Made by a program: the position numbers and the translations under genes. This document shows positions 21,071 through 28,871 of a DNA stretch of 54,844 nt, piece by piece (the stretch's first letter is position 1; the number at the start of each line of letters is the position of its first letter). The notes beneath the pieces were generated by a model. That model saw nothing but the letters and a program-made list of their open reading frames with translations. It searched no databases and was not told where the DNA came from. Origin of the DNA: Gammaproteobacteria bacterium (lineage in GTDB: Bacteria; Pseudomonadota; Gammaproteobacteria; Pseudomonadales; Pseudohongiellaceae); NCBI GenBank assembly GCA_041685555.1, contig JAWLFN010000001.1:1-54844 (forward strand), read 5' to 3'.

Positions 21071-21360
21071 ACATGTTGTCGGATTCTGATCTGGATCAAA
21101 TCCTGAGCGGATCCATGAAATGGACCTGGCGACGCCAGGGTCTTATTGCGAAACACAACACGTCCGGCATGCGCCGGAACGAAGTGGGCGCGGGGTGAAT
21201 GGCCTGAAGTCGCGTCAATTTCAGGTACAATGAGTCCAATGGCCGGTCAGGCCGGAGGCGACAGTCGATTCAGCTGTCGTTCAGGCCGACTGGCACACAC
21301 TGAAACACAGATATTCGTACTGATGACGGATACAGATTGCCAAAAGAGGGGTGAAACTAC

Positions 21361-21810
21361 ATGAAGATCAAACTGCTTGCCGCTGCCGTTGCCGTTGCCG
21401 GGGGCGTATTGGCCATGACTGCCAAAGAGCCAGCTACAGCCCACCACGCATTCTCCGCCGAGTTTGACGCGGATCTGCCGGTGGCCCTGCGTGGTCCGAT
21501 CACACGAGTGGAGTGGATCAACCCGCACTCCTGGATCCATATCATGCACACCACCGAGGATGGCGAAGAGCAGCCCTGGATGGCTGAAGGTGGTACGCCC
21601 AACACGCTGCTGCGTCGTGGCATCACCCGTGATTCCTTGCAGATCGGCACTGATCTGGTGATCACTGGCTACCAGAGCAAGGACCAGCTGTGCACGCCGG
21701 CTTGCCGGGCCAATGGTCGGGATGTCACGTTCCCGGATGGTCGCAAGCTGTTCATGGGATCATCCGGCACGGGTGCTCCACAGGACGGGGCTGATCCGAA
21801 CCAGAACTGA
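21361..21810 (+). CDS. DUF6152-like secreted protein
   Basis: Signal peptide ending ATA. The mature N-terminus is HHAFSAEFDADLPVALRGPITRVEWINPHSWI, which matches my recollection of the DUF6152 family. Confidence 0.8.
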   Translation: MKIKLLAAAVAVAGGVLAMTAKEPATAHHAFSAEFDADLPVALRGPITRVEWINPHSWIHIMHTTEDGEEQPWMAEGGTPNTLLRRGITRDSLQIGTDLVITGYQSKDQLCTPACRANGRDVTFPDGRKLFMGSSGTGAPQDGADPNQN

Positions 21811-21862
21811 TACCGCCTTACGTCCGTATCCGGGTGGACGTCCGAGTACACCGCCCGGTCAA

Positions 21863-21907
21863 AACGCCTGCCAGTGGCCGTTACGTGCCCGGCAGGCGTT
21901 TTTTTTT
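21863..21907 (+). terminator. Rho-independent terminator
   Basis: Stem aacgcctgcc (21863-21872) pairs with ggcaggcgtt (21891-21900), followed by a 9-nt T run. Lies 53 nt after the DUF6152-like stop. Confidence 0.8.
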
Positions 21908-22035
21908 GCAGGCGGCCGGCGTTATCGAGGTGGGGGAGGTATTGGTGGTCCTGAACAATGACCGGTATCGGTCCTGCGAAAACCACCACCAGGCTATCCG
22001 GAAGAGCGCTCGCATGGACGTCGTCGGGTACGGGT

Positions 22036-22617
22036 TCAATCCTCGCCAGCCTCGAATACCGGACTGATCTCCCGGTCAAAGCGACCACCATCGCGGAAAA
22101 CTGAACTGCTGACGAAAAAACCGGCGCTGTGGACCCGGAGTGTGAGCGTTTCAAAACCGCGATTCTCCCAGAACCAGCCATGGATTCCGGTGAAAGGGGC
22201 CACATACAGGCCCTGCTCACGCGCTGATTCGCCCTGGCCGAAACTTTCATCATAACCCTCCATGCTCATGCCAGGGTCTGCATGCATGTCGTAATAGACC
22301 TCGCCGTCGGCCTGCCAGCTGTAGACCATGGCGGTGTCCTCATCCATGACGTATTTGTATTCCACCGACTGGAATGGTTCCAGGATGAACTCGACGTAAT
22401 CGGTGGAATGCTGCGTGAATTGCTCCAGCACCGGTGAATCATCCCGCGACAGTTCCGTGAGCCCCAACAGGTTTCCCGTGCCCAGTGGGTCGGCACCGAA
22501 TTCCGCGGGCAGTATCACGGTCAGAAACAGCACGGCCGCCGCGGCCAGTGCGATCAGCGTGGCCCGGATGATACGGATCGGTGATTGTCTGGTCTGTTCT
22601 GGTTCCGGGGTGGTCAT
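22036..22617 (-). CDS. N-terminally membrane-anchored periplasmic protein of unknown function
   Basis: Trimmed to ATG 22617 (GGAGA ribosome-binding site). One TM helix (IIRATLIALAAAAVLFLTVIL) followed by a roughly 150-aa soluble domain. Confidence 0.75.
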   Translation of the reverse strand: MTTPEPEQTRQSPIRIIRATLIALAAAAVLFLTVILPAEFGADPLGTGNLLGLTELSRDDSPVLEQFTQHSTDYVEFILEPFQSVEYKYVMDEDTAMVYSWQADGEVYYDMHADPGMSMEGYDESFGQGESAREQGLYVAPFTGIHGWFWENRGFETLTLRVHSAGFFVSSSVFRDGGRFDREISPVFEAGED

Positions 22618-22652
22618 GGTTCTGTCTCCGCTGATTACTGATGGTTGTCGGC

Positions 22653-23357
22653 TCAGGTGCTGGTGACCCAGGCGCTGATCTGCCAGGCCATTGCCAGGAA
22701 ACCGCCGCTCATGATGACCGCATTCGCAGCCAATGCCTGGCGTTGAAAGCCGGGGTACAGCCTCCACAAGCTGAATGCCAGAAGGAGCAGGGCGAGAGCC
22801 ACCAGCTGGCCGATTTCCACGCCTACATTGAAGCTGATCAGATTGATGATCAGTCCGTTTTCGGACAGGGACAGCTCCTGCAGACTGGAAGCCAGCCCGA
22901 AGCCGTGGCACAGGCCGAACGCGAAAACCGCCAACCGGGTATCAGGCCGCAAACGGCCCAGTGATTCCAGCGCGCCCATGTTTTCCAGCGCCTTATAGAC
23001 GACCGAGAGTCCGATCAGCGTGTCCACCAGGTAGGCATTGATTCGGATGTCGGCCAGTACTCCCAGCAGCAGCGTCAGGCTGTGTCCGGCAGCAAACAGC
23101 GTGACGTATTGCACCACGTGCAGAGGGCGATACAGGAAGAAGATCACTCCGGCCAGGAAAAGCAGATGATCATACCCGGTGACCATGTGCTTGGCCCCGA
23201 GATAGACGAAAGGGATGATCGCCGCACCATCAGCCCCGAGGACGAAAGCGGAGTCGCCGGCCCCGATTTCATGCGCCAGAGCCAGGGCCGGCAGCGTCAG
23301 TATCGAGACCATGAGCCCCGACAGCGCGAGGAATTTTTCAGTCCGTCGGTTCGCCAT
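22653..23357 (-). CDS. HupE/UreJ-family metal permease
   Basis: Signal peptide ALALA-HEIG gives a mature N-terminal His. Contains the H..TGYDHLLF motif and multiple TM helices. The start is 23357 or 23312. Confidence 0.8.
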   Translation of the reverse strand: MANRRTEKFLALSGLMVSILTLPALALAHEIGAGDSAFVLGADGAAIIPFVYLGAKHMVTGYDHLLFLAGVIFFLYRPLHVVQYVTLFAAGHSLTLLLGVLADIRINAYLVDTLIGLSVVYKALENMGALESLGRLRPDTRLAVFAFGLCHGFGLASSLQELSLSENGLIINLISFNVGVEIGQLVALALLLLAFSLWRLYPGFQRQALAANAVIMSGGFLAMAWQISAWVTST

Positions 23358-23856
23358 CAACAAACCGGGACAGTTCTGGATTGTAGGCTTGGTGGCATGC
23401 CGTACAGACGCTGTACAGCTGTGCGCCGGCCTGGAAAAGATCTTCCTCATTTCGTTCCTCGGCGGCGGCCATCGCCTGCAGGCCCACATTGCTCATGGCC
23501 CGGGAATATGTCACCCAGGCATCATTGTCATAGGCGCGTGAAGGCAGGGCCAGCGCGTTGCCGGCCTCGACGACCATCGCGGCGCTGTACCGGACTTCGT
23601 CCCAGCCTTCGTCGGTAGTGGGGTATAGCTCGTAGTATCCTTCATCCACATCATCGATCCAGCCCGCCGAGTCCCACAAGCCGTCGGCAATGGGCTCCAG
23701 TACCGTTTCCATGAACTGCAGCATGTCGAGCTCGAGGGTATAGCGGTCCGCGACCACCGCGTGTTCGGCGGTATTGTCGCCCGCGGGATCGCCGCCACAC
23801 GCGCTCAGTGCCAGCACGATCGGGATGATAGATGCACGTCGATACATACGGGACAT
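23338..23856 (-). CDS. Cytochrome c'-like (class II, four-helix-bundle type) lipoprotein with one C-terminal heme site
   Basis: Lipobox LSAC-G. A single CTACH (CxxCH) lies near the C-terminus, as in the cytochrome c'/c556 family. 172 aa. Confidence 0.7.
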   Translation of the reverse strand: MSRMYRRASIIPIVLALSACGGDPAGDNTAEHAVVADRYTLELDMLQFMETVLEPIADGLWDSAGWIDDVDEGYYELYPTTDEGWDEVRYSAAMVVEAGNALALPSRAYDNDAWVTYSRAMSNVGLQAMAAAEERNEEDLFQAGAQLYSVCTACHQAYNPELSRFVDGEPTD

Positions 23857-23907
23857 GATGAGGAAAATCCTTGTCTGTGGGCGGTCCTGATGCTTGACAG
23901 GATAGAC

Positions 23908-23946
23908 ATCATACGCTTTGACAGCCTTACTGTTCAACTGTATGTT
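23908..23946. promoter_or_regulatory. Overlapping divergent sigma70-like promoters
   Basis: Plus strand: TTGACA (23918-23923), 17 nt, TATGTT (23941-23946). Minus strand: TTGAAC (23937-23932), 18 nt, TATGAT (23913-23908). Confidence 0.45.
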
Positions 23947-23984
23947 GACTTGAAAAGACCGATAATAACAACGGGATATCTGAT

Positions 23985-24971
23985 ATGAACCGTATCATCT
24001 CGCTGCCATTGACCGGGGCTGCCCTGTTGCTTGCGTCTGTTGGCATGGCGCAGGCGTCGGACGACTATGAGCCACCGCGAACGGCACAGGAGCGGCCTGA
24101 CTTCCAGGGCACCTGGACCAATGCCTCGATTACCACACTGCAACGCCACCCCCGCTATGATGCACTGGTGCTGGCCCCGGATGAACTGGAAGAGGCCACC
24201 CGCACCCACCCTCAGAATGTCCGACAGGCCACGGACGATAACCTGCAGTCCGGTGAGTTGCTGGATGGATCGGATCTTGAAATGGGGCGTGGCTACAATG
24301 CATTCTGGATAGACCCCGGTTCCAGTTTTGGACGGGTGAAAGGCGAGTACCGCACCTCCTGGATCACGGACCCGGACGACGGGCGTATCCCCTATTCGGA
24401 ACGGGGCCGCGAGTTGCGGCAGGATTTTCGCCGGAACTGGCGCAGCAATGACGGCCCCGAGGGGCGTTCGCTGGGGGAGCGCTGTCTGATCGGATTCGGT
24501 GGGACCGGTGGTCCACCCATGCTCAATGTGCTGTACAACAACAACTACCGTTTTGTGCAGACCCCGGATTACCTGATGATTCTGGTGGAAATGAATCATG
24601 ATGCGCGCATCATTCCCATCGATGGAGAGCACCGTCCCGAGGCCTGGAAGCCGTGGCTGGGCGATTCGGTAGCCCGATGGGAGGGGGACACGCTGGTAGT
24701 CGAGACCCGCAATGTCCATCCCCAGCAGGGGCAGAGCAATCAGGTCGCCCTGTCCGGGGAGGGGCGGGTGATCGAGCGGTTCACGCGATATTCCGATGCA
24801 CAGATACTCTATGAATTCACCGTCGATGATCCGGTCTACTATGAACGGCCATGGCATGGCGAGATGACATTCAATGCCACGGATGAGCGCATCTACGAAT
24901 ATGCCTGCCACGAAGGCAACTATGGTCTGCCGGGCATCCTCGGAGGGGCCAGGCGGGAAGAAGCGGAATAG
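23985..24971 (+). CDS. Secreted protein of unknown function (paralog B of 20153..21070)
   Basis: Type I signal peptide (MAQA-SD). Shares motifs with paralog A and has a C-terminal YEYACHEGNYG. Confidence 0.85.
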   Translation: MNRIISLPLTGAALLLASVGMAQASDDYEPPRTAQERPDFQGTWTNASITTLQRHPRYDALVLAPDELEEATRTHPQNVRQATDDNLQSGELLDGSDLEMGRGYNAFWIDPGSSFGRVKGEYRTSWITDPDDGRIPYSERGRELRQDFRRNWRSNDGPEGRSLGERCLIGFGGTGGPPMLNVLYNNNYRFVQTPDYLMILVEMNHDARIIPIDGEHRPEAWKPWLGDSVARWEGDTLVVETRNVHPQQGQSNQVALSGEGRVIERFTRYSDAQILYEFTVDDPVYYERPWHGEMTFNATDERIYEYACHEGNYGLPGILGGARREEAE

Positions 24972-25012
24972 GATGGCAGGTCCCTGGTCTGACACAAAAC
25001 GGAAATCAGAGG

Positions 25013-25041
25013 TTGAAAACGCAAATGAGAGCAATTATCAT
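25013..25041 (+). promoter_or_regulatory. Sigma70 promoter with an overlapping Fur-box-like operator upstream of the iron ABC transporter
   Basis: TTGAAA (25013-25018), 17 nt, TATCAT (25036-25041). GCAAATGAGAGCAATTATC (25021-25039) matches GATAATGATAATCATTATC at 13 of 19 positions by my count. Confidence 0.45.
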
Positions 25042-25089
25042 TTAGTGGTATCGCAATCGCTTTTCAACTGAAACTGCCAGGGAGTCCCC

Positions 25090-26094
25090 ATGCGCACGAT
25101 ATTATTGTCCGTCATCGGCCTGCTGCTGATGCCGATGGCGTCCGCTGAAGTCAACATCTACTCCGCGCGTCAGGAGAATCTGATCAAGCCGATCCTGGAC
25201 CGCTTCACCGAGCAGACCGGAATAGAGGTCAATCTGATCACGGCCGGCGCGGACGAGTTGACCCAGCGTCTGGAGCTGGAGGGCCGCAATTCGCCCGCGG
25301 ACCTGTTGCTCACTGTCGACGTCGGGCGTCTGCACCGCGCCCGGGAGGCCGGGTTGTTGCAGCCGGTGGAGTCCGATGAACTGCAAAGGCAGGTGCCGGA
25401 GCAGTATCGCGATCCCGAAGGGTACTGGTACGCGATGTCGCTGCGTTCCCGGATCATCGTCTATCACCCTGACCGGGTGGATCCGGCCAACCTGTCCAGC
25501 TATGAGGCACTGGCGGATGAACAGTGGGATGACCGCATCTGCATACGATCGTCCTCGAATATCTATAATCAGTCCCTGGTCGCGTCACTGATCAGCCACA
25601 ACGGGGTGGAACAGACGGAAGCCTGGGCGGAAGCGCTGGTTGATAACATGGCGCGCGAGCCGCAGGGAGGTGACCGGGATCAGATCAGCGCGGTATATGC
25701 CGGTCAGTGTGATCTGGCGGTCGTGAACAGTTATTACCTGGCGGGCATGTTGAATTCACCGGTAGCCGAGCAGCGTGAGATCGCCGAGTCGGTGGAGGTG
25801 TTCTGGCCCAATCAGGCTGGCCGGGGTGCGCATATCAATATCAGCGGCGCGGGCCTGTCTCGTTACGCGCCCAACCGCGAAGACGCTGTGCGCCTGATGG
25901 AATTCCTGGTCAGCGAGGAAGCACAGACCTGGTATGCCGAGGCCAATAACGAATATCCCATCCGAGAAGACATTCCGGTCAGCGACACGCTGGCGGCCTG
26001 GGGTGAGTTCAAGGCAGATGACCTGCAACTTGAGGAGCTGGGTATCCACAATGCCGAGGCCGTGAGATTGATGGACCGCGCTGGATGGCGCTGA
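25090..26094 (+). CDS. Fe(3+) ABC transporter periplasmic substrate-binding protein
   Basis: Signal peptide ending ASA-EVNIYSARQENLIKPILDRFTEQTG; FbpA/AfuA-like family 1 solute-binding protein. Confidence 0.85.
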   Translation: MRTILLSVIGLLLMPMASAEVNIYSARQENLIKPILDRFTEQTGIEVNLITAGADELTQRLELEGRNSPADLLLTVDVGRLHRAREAGLLQPVESDELQRQVPEQYRDPEGYWYAMSLRSRIIVYHPDRVDPANLSSYEALADEQWDDRICIRSSSNIYNQSLVASLISHNGVEQTEAWAEALVDNMAREPQGGDRDQISAVYAGQCDLAVVNSYYLAGMLNSPVAEQREIAESVEVFWPNQAGRGAHINISGAGLSRYAPNREDAVRLMEFLVSEEAQTWYAEANNEYPIREDIPVSDTLAAWGEFKADDLQLEELGIHNAEAVRLMDRAGWR

Positions 26095-27797
26095 TTCCCG
26101 GCCTGACCATGCCCGGTACGGCCTCACACACCGGTGTGAGCGTATCGGGTACTGTTCAGCTGAGGGATCGATTCACGGTTGCGGGCATCATCATCCTTTG
26201 CCTGCTGATTTCCATTCCGGTACTGACCATTGTCTCTTCCCTGGGAAGAGATTCAGACGGGGTCTGGTCCCATCTCTTTGACACACTGCTGTTCGAGTAT
26301 ATCGGCCAATCCCTGATGCTCATGGGTGGGGTCGGTGTCCTGGTGCTTTTTCTGGGCATAGCCCCGGCCTGGCTGGTGACCATGACGAGGTTTCCCGGTA
26401 GCCGGGTGCTGGAATGGGCCCTGGTATTGCCGTTGGCCATGCCCGCCTACATCATCGCCTATACCTATACCGGTATGCTTGATATCACCGGTCCGGTCCA
26501 GACCTGGATTCGGGACTGGACCGGTCTTGCCTTTGGTGAGTACTGGTTCCCCGATATCCGCTCCATGGGCGGGGCGGTCACCATGCTGGCACTGGTGCTG
26601 TATCCGTATGTCTATCTGCTGTCCCGCATGGCATTTCTGGAACAGTCCGTCTGTGTGCTGGAGGTTTCCCGCACGCTTGGTGCTGGACCCGTCGCGGCTT
26701 TCCGGCGGATTGCCTTGCCTTTGGCCAGGCCGGCCATTGTTGCCGGTCTGGCGCTGGTTTTGATGGAGACGCTGGCGGATTACGGTACGGTGCAGTATTT
26801 CGGGTTGTCCACGTTTACCACCGGCATATTCCGTACCTGGTTTGGTATGGGCAGTCCCACGGCGGCGTCACAGCTTTCCGCGGTGCTGATGATGTTCATA
26901 CTTTTTCTGGTCGTCACCGAGCAGTGGTCAAGAAACCGTTCGCGCTACTTCCATACCAGCAGTCGCTACAGCCGGCTTCCCCAGGCGCAACTGCGCGGAG
27001 GGAAGGCGCTGCTTGCACTGGTGGCCTGCGGTCTGCCCGTGCTGGCCGGCTTCGTCATTCCGGTCATGCAGCTTATGTCCTGGGCTCTGCAGAGCTGGTC
27101 GGTCATCGACAGGGGAGACTTCGTGGAGTTGACCGTAAACAGTCTCAGACTTGCCGCCATGGCCGCCGTGATCGTGTTGACGCTGGCTCTGCTGGTGGCC
27201 TATCTGAAGCGGTTGCGTCCCGGCATGCTGATGCGCAGCGTCTTCCGTGTCCTCGGTATGGGGTATGCGATACCTGGCACGGTTATCGCGGTCGGTATAC
27301 TGATTCCATTCGCCGCACTCGATAACGGCGTGGACTCATTCATGCGTGATCGCTTTGACACGTCAACGGGATTGTTACTCAGTGGTACCCTGATTGCCGT
27401 GCTGTTTGCCTACGTGGTCCGCTTTCTGCCGGTAGCCATGAACACACTGGACGCCGGTCTGGGGAAGATCAGGCCCACCATGGATGATGCAGGCCGTTCC
27501 ATGGGTTATTCACCCTGGCAGCTGCTGCGACGGATCCATATACCAATGCTGCGCGGCAGTCTGCTTACGGCATCGCTGCTGGTGTTTGTCGACGTGCTCA
27601 AGGAATTGCCGGCAACCCTGATTCTTCGCCCGTTCAATTTCAATACGCTGGCGATCCGGACCTATGAGCTCGCCAATCAGGAAAGACTGGCGGAGGCGGC
27701 CGTGTCGGCCCTGATGATCGTGCTGGCTGGAATCATACCTGTTATCATTCTCAGCCTCAGCATTTCAGGATCCCGACCCGGTTATGACAAGCCCTGA
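26085..27797 (+). CDS. Iron ABC transporter permease (duplicated, FbpB/AfuB-like)
   Basis: 570 aa with two permease halves and about 12 TM helices. Overlaps both neighbouring genes. Confidence 0.88.
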   Translation: MALIPGLTMPGTASHTGVSVSGTVQLRDRFTVAGIIILCLLISIPVLTIVSSLGRDSDGVWSHLFDTLLFEYIGQSLMLMGGVGVLVLFLGIAPAWLVTMTRFPGSRVLEWALVLPLAMPAYIIAYTYTGMLDITGPVQTWIRDWTGLAFGEYWFPDIRSMGGAVTMLALVLYPYVYLLSRMAFLEQSVCVLEVSRTLGAGPVAAFRRIALPLARPAIVAGLALVLMETLADYGTVQYFGLSTFTTGIFRTWFGMGSPTAASQLSAVLMMFILFLVVTEQWSRNRSRYFHTSSRYSRLPQAQLRGGKALLALVACGLPVLAGFVIPVMQLMSWALQSWSVIDRGDFVELTVNSLRLAAMAAVIVLTLALLVAYLKRLRPGMLMRSVFRVLGMGYAIPGTVIAVGILIPFAALDNGVDSFMRDRFDTSTGLLLSGTLIAVLFAYVVRFLPVAMNTLDAGLGKIRPTMDDAGRSMGYSPWQLLRRIHIPMLRGSLLTASLLVFVDVLKELPATLILRPFNFNTLAIRTYELANQERLAEAAVSALMIVLAGIIPVIILSLSISGSRPGYDKP

Positions 27798-28863
27798 CAT
27801 CAAGGCACTCGAGCTCAAGGATGTGGCTGTGGCCATTGAGGGTACGTCCATCGTGGAGCAGATATCGTTCAGCCTGGATACCGGAGGCATTGGTTGCCTG
27901 CTGGGCCCTAGCGGTTGTGGCAAGACCACGTTGCTGCGCAGCATCGCCGGGTTTGAGTCGGTCACGGCCGGCGAGATCCACATCGACAGCTGGCTGGTCA
28001 GCAGCGCCGGTGTGCGTGTGCCGGTGGAGAAGCGACAGGTCGGGATGGTGTTCCAGGATTTCGCGCTGTTTCCGCATCTGACCGTGCGTGAGAACATCGC
28101 GTTCGGGCTGAGCGGGGCGGATCGCCGGCAACGTGACCAGCGCATCGGTGAGCTGGCCGATATGCTGCACATCACCGAGTTGCTGCCGGTCCATCCTCAC
28201 AAACTGTCCGGCGGACAACAGCAACGTGTGGCCATCGCCAGGGCCATGGCACCGAGACCTCGTATCCTGTTGCTGGACGAGCCGTTCGCGAGTCTGGATG
28301 TGGAGTTACGGGAGGAGATCGCGCACGAGATCCGGGATGTGCTGAAGCTGGACCGTATTACAGCGATCCTGGTCACCCACAATCAGCATGAGGCCTTCGC
28401 CATGGCCGACGAAATCGGCGTGATGCGAAAGGGTGAGCTGGTGCAATGGGGGACGGCATTCGATCTGTACCATGAACCGGAATCAGCCTATGTCGCCAAT
28501 TTTGTGGGTGAGGGTGTTTTTCTCCCCGGCACTGTCGAGGACGCGCGCAGCGTCAGCACCGAACTGGGAGTGTTGCAGGGTGATGAATTGCATGGCTACG
28601 AGGCAGGCGCCGCCGTCTCGGTGCTGATCAGGCCGGACGATGTCCTGCACGATGACGACAGTCCGTTCACGGCGCGGGTAGTGGAGAAAGCGTTCCGGGG
28701 CGCCGAGTTTCTGTACACGCTGGCGCTGGACAGTGGCGCCAGGATTCTGAGCCTTGTCCCAAGTCATCATGCGCATGCCACTGATTCGCAGATCGGCATC
28801 CGCGTGGAAATGGATCACCTGGTGATCTTCTCCGATGACGCTGCGCGGATGAACGATGCCTGA
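27784..28863 (+). CDS. Iron ABC transporter ATP-binding protein (FbpC/AfuC-like)
   Basis: Walker A GPSGCGKTT, signature LSGGQQQRV, Walker B LLLDEP and a C-terminal TOBE-like domain. Confidence 0.9.
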   Translation: MTSPDIKALELKDVAVAIEGTSIVEQISFSLDTGGIGCLLGPSGCGKTTLLRSIAGFESVTAGEIHIDSWLVSSAGVRVPVEKRQVGMVFQDFALFPHLTVRENIAFGLSGADRRQRDQRIGELADMLHITELLPVHPHKLSGGQQQRVAIARAMAPRPRILLLDEPFASLDVELREEIAHEIRDVLKLDRITAILVTHNQHEAFAMADEIGVMRKGELVQWGTAFDLYHEPESAYVANFVGEGVFLPGTVEDARSVSTELGVLQGDELHGYEAGAAVSVLIRPDDVLHDDDSPFTARVVEKAFRGAEFLYTLALDSGARILSLVPSHHAHATDSQIGIRVEMDHLVIFSDDAARMNDA

Positions 28864-28871
28864 GACGGCAA

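Noticed and set aside
20989-21364. Small ORFs in the 290-nt spacer (20989..21198 and 21146..21364).
   Set aside because: They have no ribosome-binding site, an arbitrary composition, and overlap the end of the upstream gene. They are more likely non-coding.
23951-23979. Possible Fur box (GATAATAACAACGGGATAT) upstream of paralog B.
   Set aside because: Only about 9 of 19 positions match the Fur consensus by my count, and the match is a single GATAAT hexamer. That is not distinguishable from chance in an AT-rich spacer.
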